This document shows positions 61,484 to 64,000 of a stretch of DNA of 64,000 bases, one piece after another. The stretch is from Minisyncoccia bacterium (GTDB lineage: Bacteria > Patescibacteriota > Minisyncoccia > Phycocordibacterales > PALSA-1337): positions 129,664-193,663 of the forward strand of contig JBEKVT010000002.1 in NCBI GenBank assembly GCA_049997795.1, written 5' to 3'. The notes beneath the pieces were generated by a model. That model saw nothing but the letters and a program-made list of their open reading frames with translations. It was not told where the DNA came from and made no database searches. Numbering within the stretch: position 1 is the first letter of the stretch; every line of letters starts with the position of its first letter. Position numbers and translations under genes: made by a program.

Positions 61484-62155
61484 ATGATGCATAAAATACA
61501 GGAAAAACTGCTAATGCTCTCGAAAGAGAGGAACCTCGGCCAGCACTCGTTGCGCCAGATCGGCGAGATGGTAGGCGGAGCCTCCCCGCAGACTATAAAG
61601 CACCACCTCAATCAGCTTGAAAAGAAAGGGCTGATACGGGTGGACAAGGCAAAGGGCCTCGTTGAAAAGACCAAGCCCGGCTGGGCAGAGACATCGATGA
61701 AGAATGCCCGGCTCCTGGTCCTTCCGATACTCGGCGGCGCGAATGCTGGTCCGGCCGTCATAAATGCCGAAGAGAACATCGAGGGCTATCTGCGAGTATC
61801 GAACAGCATCGTCGGCAGGAAAAGCGGGGACGGGCTTTTCGCCCTTCGCGTAAGCGGCCCGTCCATGAACAAGGCCTCGTTCGATGGAAAGACGATCGAG
61901 GACGGCGACTACATCATCGTAGACGGCAAGGATCGTTCGCCGCGCGACGGAGATATCGTTCTTTCCGTAATAGACCGTATGGCGAATGTGAAGCGTTTCC
62001 ATTTCGACAAGGACAGCGGGCAAATCGCCCTTGTGTCGGAATCGACGCAGAACTTCCCCCCGATCTACATGCATCAGAGCGACGACTACATGATCAACGG
62101 CAAGGTCGTGCAGGTCATTAAAAAGCCGAAAACTAACTCTCAACCCTCGTCATGA
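61484..62155 (+). CDS. LexA-family repressor (HTH + S24 autopeptidase)
   Basis: SLRQIG...SPQTIKHHLNQLEKKGLI; A-G cleavage site (ANAG); GPSM Ser; VKR Lys. Confidence 0.88.
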   Translation: MMHKIQEKLLMLSKERNLGQHSLRQIGEMVGGASPQTIKHHLNQLEKKGLIRVDKAKGLVEKTKPGWAETSMKNARLLVLPILGGANAGPAVINAEENIEGYLRVSNSIVGRKSGDGLFALRVSGPSMNKASFDGKTIEDGDYIIVDGKDRSPRDGDIVLSVIDRMANVKRFHFDKDSGQIALVSESTQNFPPIYMHQSDDYMINGKVVQVIKKPKTNSQPSS

Positions 62156-62658
62156 TTTCAATATATTCAGCGCTCGGAACGATCTCGACCTTCGACGGCG
62201 TCGTTCATGTAATCATCGGACTCATCGTCGCTTCCGCATTTCTAGCCGCATTTTCTGTTTTTTTCTTCAAAAAAGAGATCCGGCTATTCCTGAATCGCCG
62301 ACGGCCGATAAAGATATTCATGGCTGATGGCGTGAATATGGGAGCGGAGGTGGAAATGCTTCGTAAAAGCAAGCTATTCAAAATAGAGGAACCGACGACC
62401 GACCATAGGCAATGCGACGGCATTGGAAACCACAGCCTTATTATCATCGGCTATAAACGCCAGATGGCCGGACTCTCCGATATCGTCAACGCCGCGCGCA
62501 CAGCAAAGATTCCGGTAATCGTTTACGCAAAGGAACAGCTCGAGGAAACCGATAAGAGCCTCTTGAACAGCTATTCCTGGCATTCAGTCTGCAATTTCCC
62601 TCTCAAGCTCATGAATGACGTGTTTACCATATTATCAACGTTCCCTAAAATGAAATAA
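62152..62658 (+). CDS. TM-anchored Rossmann/receiver-like protein, candidate CBASS sensor/effector
   Basis: N-terminal TM; alternating beta/alpha core (IKIFM, LIIIGY, IPVIVYA, NFPLKLMND); coupled to LexA gene (ATGA) and to the CD-NTase. Confidence 0.55.
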   Translation: MISIYSALGTISTFDGVVHVIIGLIVASAFLAAFSVFFFKKEIRLFLNRRRPIKIFMADGVNMGAEVEMLRKSKLFKIEEPTTDHRQCDGIGNHSLIIIGYKRQMAGLSDIVNAARTAKIPVIVYAKEQLEETDKSLLNSYSWHSVCNFPLKLMNDVFTILSTFPKMK

Positions 62659-62661
62659 GCC

Positions 62662-63669
62662 ATGACAACATCAGAATATTTCGAGAAGCTCCTAGACCGA
62701 GTCAATCTGAAGATCGACGATGACGAACGCAAAATGATAGAAGAAAAACATAACGGCTTTCGTGAGATGTTGCTCGCCAAGCTGCCCTTGAAGGACGATT
62801 TTCTTACAGGCTCATATCGCAGACATACGATTATCAAGCCCAGAAAAGACGGAGACAAATTCGACGTCGATGTTTTCGTGGCTTTTGATAAAGAGGATTA
62901 TGGCGAGAAAGAGCTCGCTGAACTGCGAGGCGAGGTAGCCGAGGCCTTGAACGCTATCAAGGATGAAAATCCTGAGCTTGGCATCACGAATGTAAACGAT
63001 AGCCAACGGCGATCTGTGTGCGTCGAATTCGGCAACAACTTCCGAATAGATGTCGTGCCCTCGATCGAGATCGAAAAGGACAAGCTCTACAAGATATTCG
63101 ATCGACGGACTCTCAAAGCAATCAAATCAAACCCAAAATTGCACGCGGCTCTTTTGAGCGAAGCGAATGAGAAGACCGGCGGCAGGCTTGTGCCCGTCAT
63201 CAAAATCCTGAAAGGATGGAAGCGCGTCAAGTGCGATTATGTTAAGTCCTTTCACATCGAGATGCTGGCATTGGACATATTGGGCAACGCTGAAATATCG
63301 TCATATGCCGAAGGGGTCGCCAAATTCTTTTCCGATGCCGGATCAAAGCTTCAGAAGGCTTCCCTGGCAGACCCAGCCAACAAGGAACACTATATCGACG
63401 CATATCTGGACGATGACGGGAATCGTCAACGGCTTCTTGGCATTATCGCGACCGAGGATGACGCTGCGTGTCGAGCGCTCGATGCCGAGAAAAGGGAAAA
63501 CGGAGATCCGGTCAAAGAGTGGGAATCTATATTTGAAAACGCTGATACGGATATCGCCAAAGCCATAGAGAGCGGCAGCTTTGCCATGGGTATCGGAGGC
63601 ATCCGGGTGGGCGGAACAACAAGCCATGGCAGATCAATCAAATCACCAAATTCCTGGAGAGCCGACTAA
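62662..63669 (+). CDS. cGAS/DncV-like nucleotidyltransferase (CD-NTase, SMODS)
   Basis: FLTGSYRRHT.IKP, DVDVFV, IDVVP, SNPKLH, VIKILKGWK, KSFHIE, DPAN. Confidence 0.9.
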   Translation: MTTSEYFEKLLDRVNLKIDDDERKMIEEKHNGFREMLLAKLPLKDDFLTGSYRRHTIIKPRKDGDKFDVDVFVAFDKEDYGEKELAELRGEVAEALNAIKDENPELGITNVNDSQRRSVCVEFGNNFRIDVVPSIEIEKDKLYKIFDRRTLKAIKSNPKLHAALLSEANEKTGGRLVPVIKILKGWKRVKCDYVKSFHIEMLALDILGNAEISSYAEGVAKFFSDAGSKLQKASLADPANKEHYIDAYLDDDGNRQRLLGIIATEDDAACRALDAEKRENGDPVKEWESIFENADTDIAKAIESGSFAMGIGGIRVGGTTSHGRSIKSPNSWRAD

Positions 63670-64000
63670 GCAATGGCATGAACTGCTTCCGGAACGGTTC
63701 AAAGAGGAAGCCCTGCTGATGCAGGAGGACTTTCCTGATTTTGCCATTCATAATGAGCCAGGAAAAAATGTTTATTGGACTGGAGAAGCGAAAGCGCTTC
63801 GCCCTGACGGTTCGACTCTGAAATCTCTTCACATAAAGATCGAGTGCGCTCCGAATTATCCCAAAATATTTCCGCGAGTATCTGACACGGCCGGCGTACT
63901 TAACCTTAAAACATGCCCGCATCTTTCCAAATTTGACGGAGACAAATTCGCCTTTTGTTATGGCAATCGTTTGGATGCGCAACTCGATTTTGAAGGAAAC
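63626..64000 (+). CDS. Prokaryotic E2 (ubiquitin-conjugating-like) domain protein, 3' truncated; absent from ORF track
   Basis: Manual translation MADQSNHQIPGEPTKQWHELLPERFKEEALLMQEDFPDF...YWTG...IKIECAPNYPKIFPRV...PHL...FCYG, a UBC-fold pattern; open to window end. Confidence 0.75.
   Translation, partial: MADQSNHQIPGEPTKQWHELLPERFKEEALLMQEDFPDFAIHNEPGKNVYWTGEAKALRPDGSTLKSLHIKIECAPNYPKIFPRVSDTAGVLNLKTCPHLSKFDGDKFAFCYGNRLDAQLDFEGN

Larger units (their letters stand above)
56381..64000. mobile_element. Lower-GC defence/accessory island (right boundary beyond window)
   Basis: Abrupt shift to AT-rich sequence at about 56370; R-M and CBASS-like content; no integrase visible in the window. Confidence 0.65.

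Overview
High-GC chromosomal segment of a reduced-genome bacterium, most likely Patescibacteria/CPR (Parcubacteria-like; standard genetic code). The assignment is inferred from gene content and shortened housekeeping proteins. About 56 kb is core genome: valS, tsaD, mreB/mreC, proS, rseP, frr, holB-like, a second mreB, murA, priA, def, fmt, hpf, rnhB, dnaE, thrS, prfA, rpmE, eno, lepA, murJ and a class II ribonucleotide reductase, plus six tRNAs and RNase P RNA. Secreted or surface proteins (TraT, a tail-fibre-like S74 protein, Cys-rich and PKD-like proteins) are interspersed. From about 56.4 kb to the window end lies a lower-GC defence island with a HEPN-like ORF, a pair of inverted recombination-site-like palindromes, a convergent type II restriction-modification pair, and a LexA-led operon. 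That operon encodes a TM/Rossmann-like protein, a cGAS/DncV-like nucleotidyltransferase and an E2-like protein missing from the ORF track, i.e. an unusual CBASS-like system. Other main signals: (i) a family of Y-shaped palindromic elements with a conserved core but locus-specific inverted arms, plus in-frame palindromic insertions in tsaD, priA, dnaE and rpmE; (ii) extended -10 boxes 6-7 nt upstream of most core start codons, implying widespread leaderless mRNAs.
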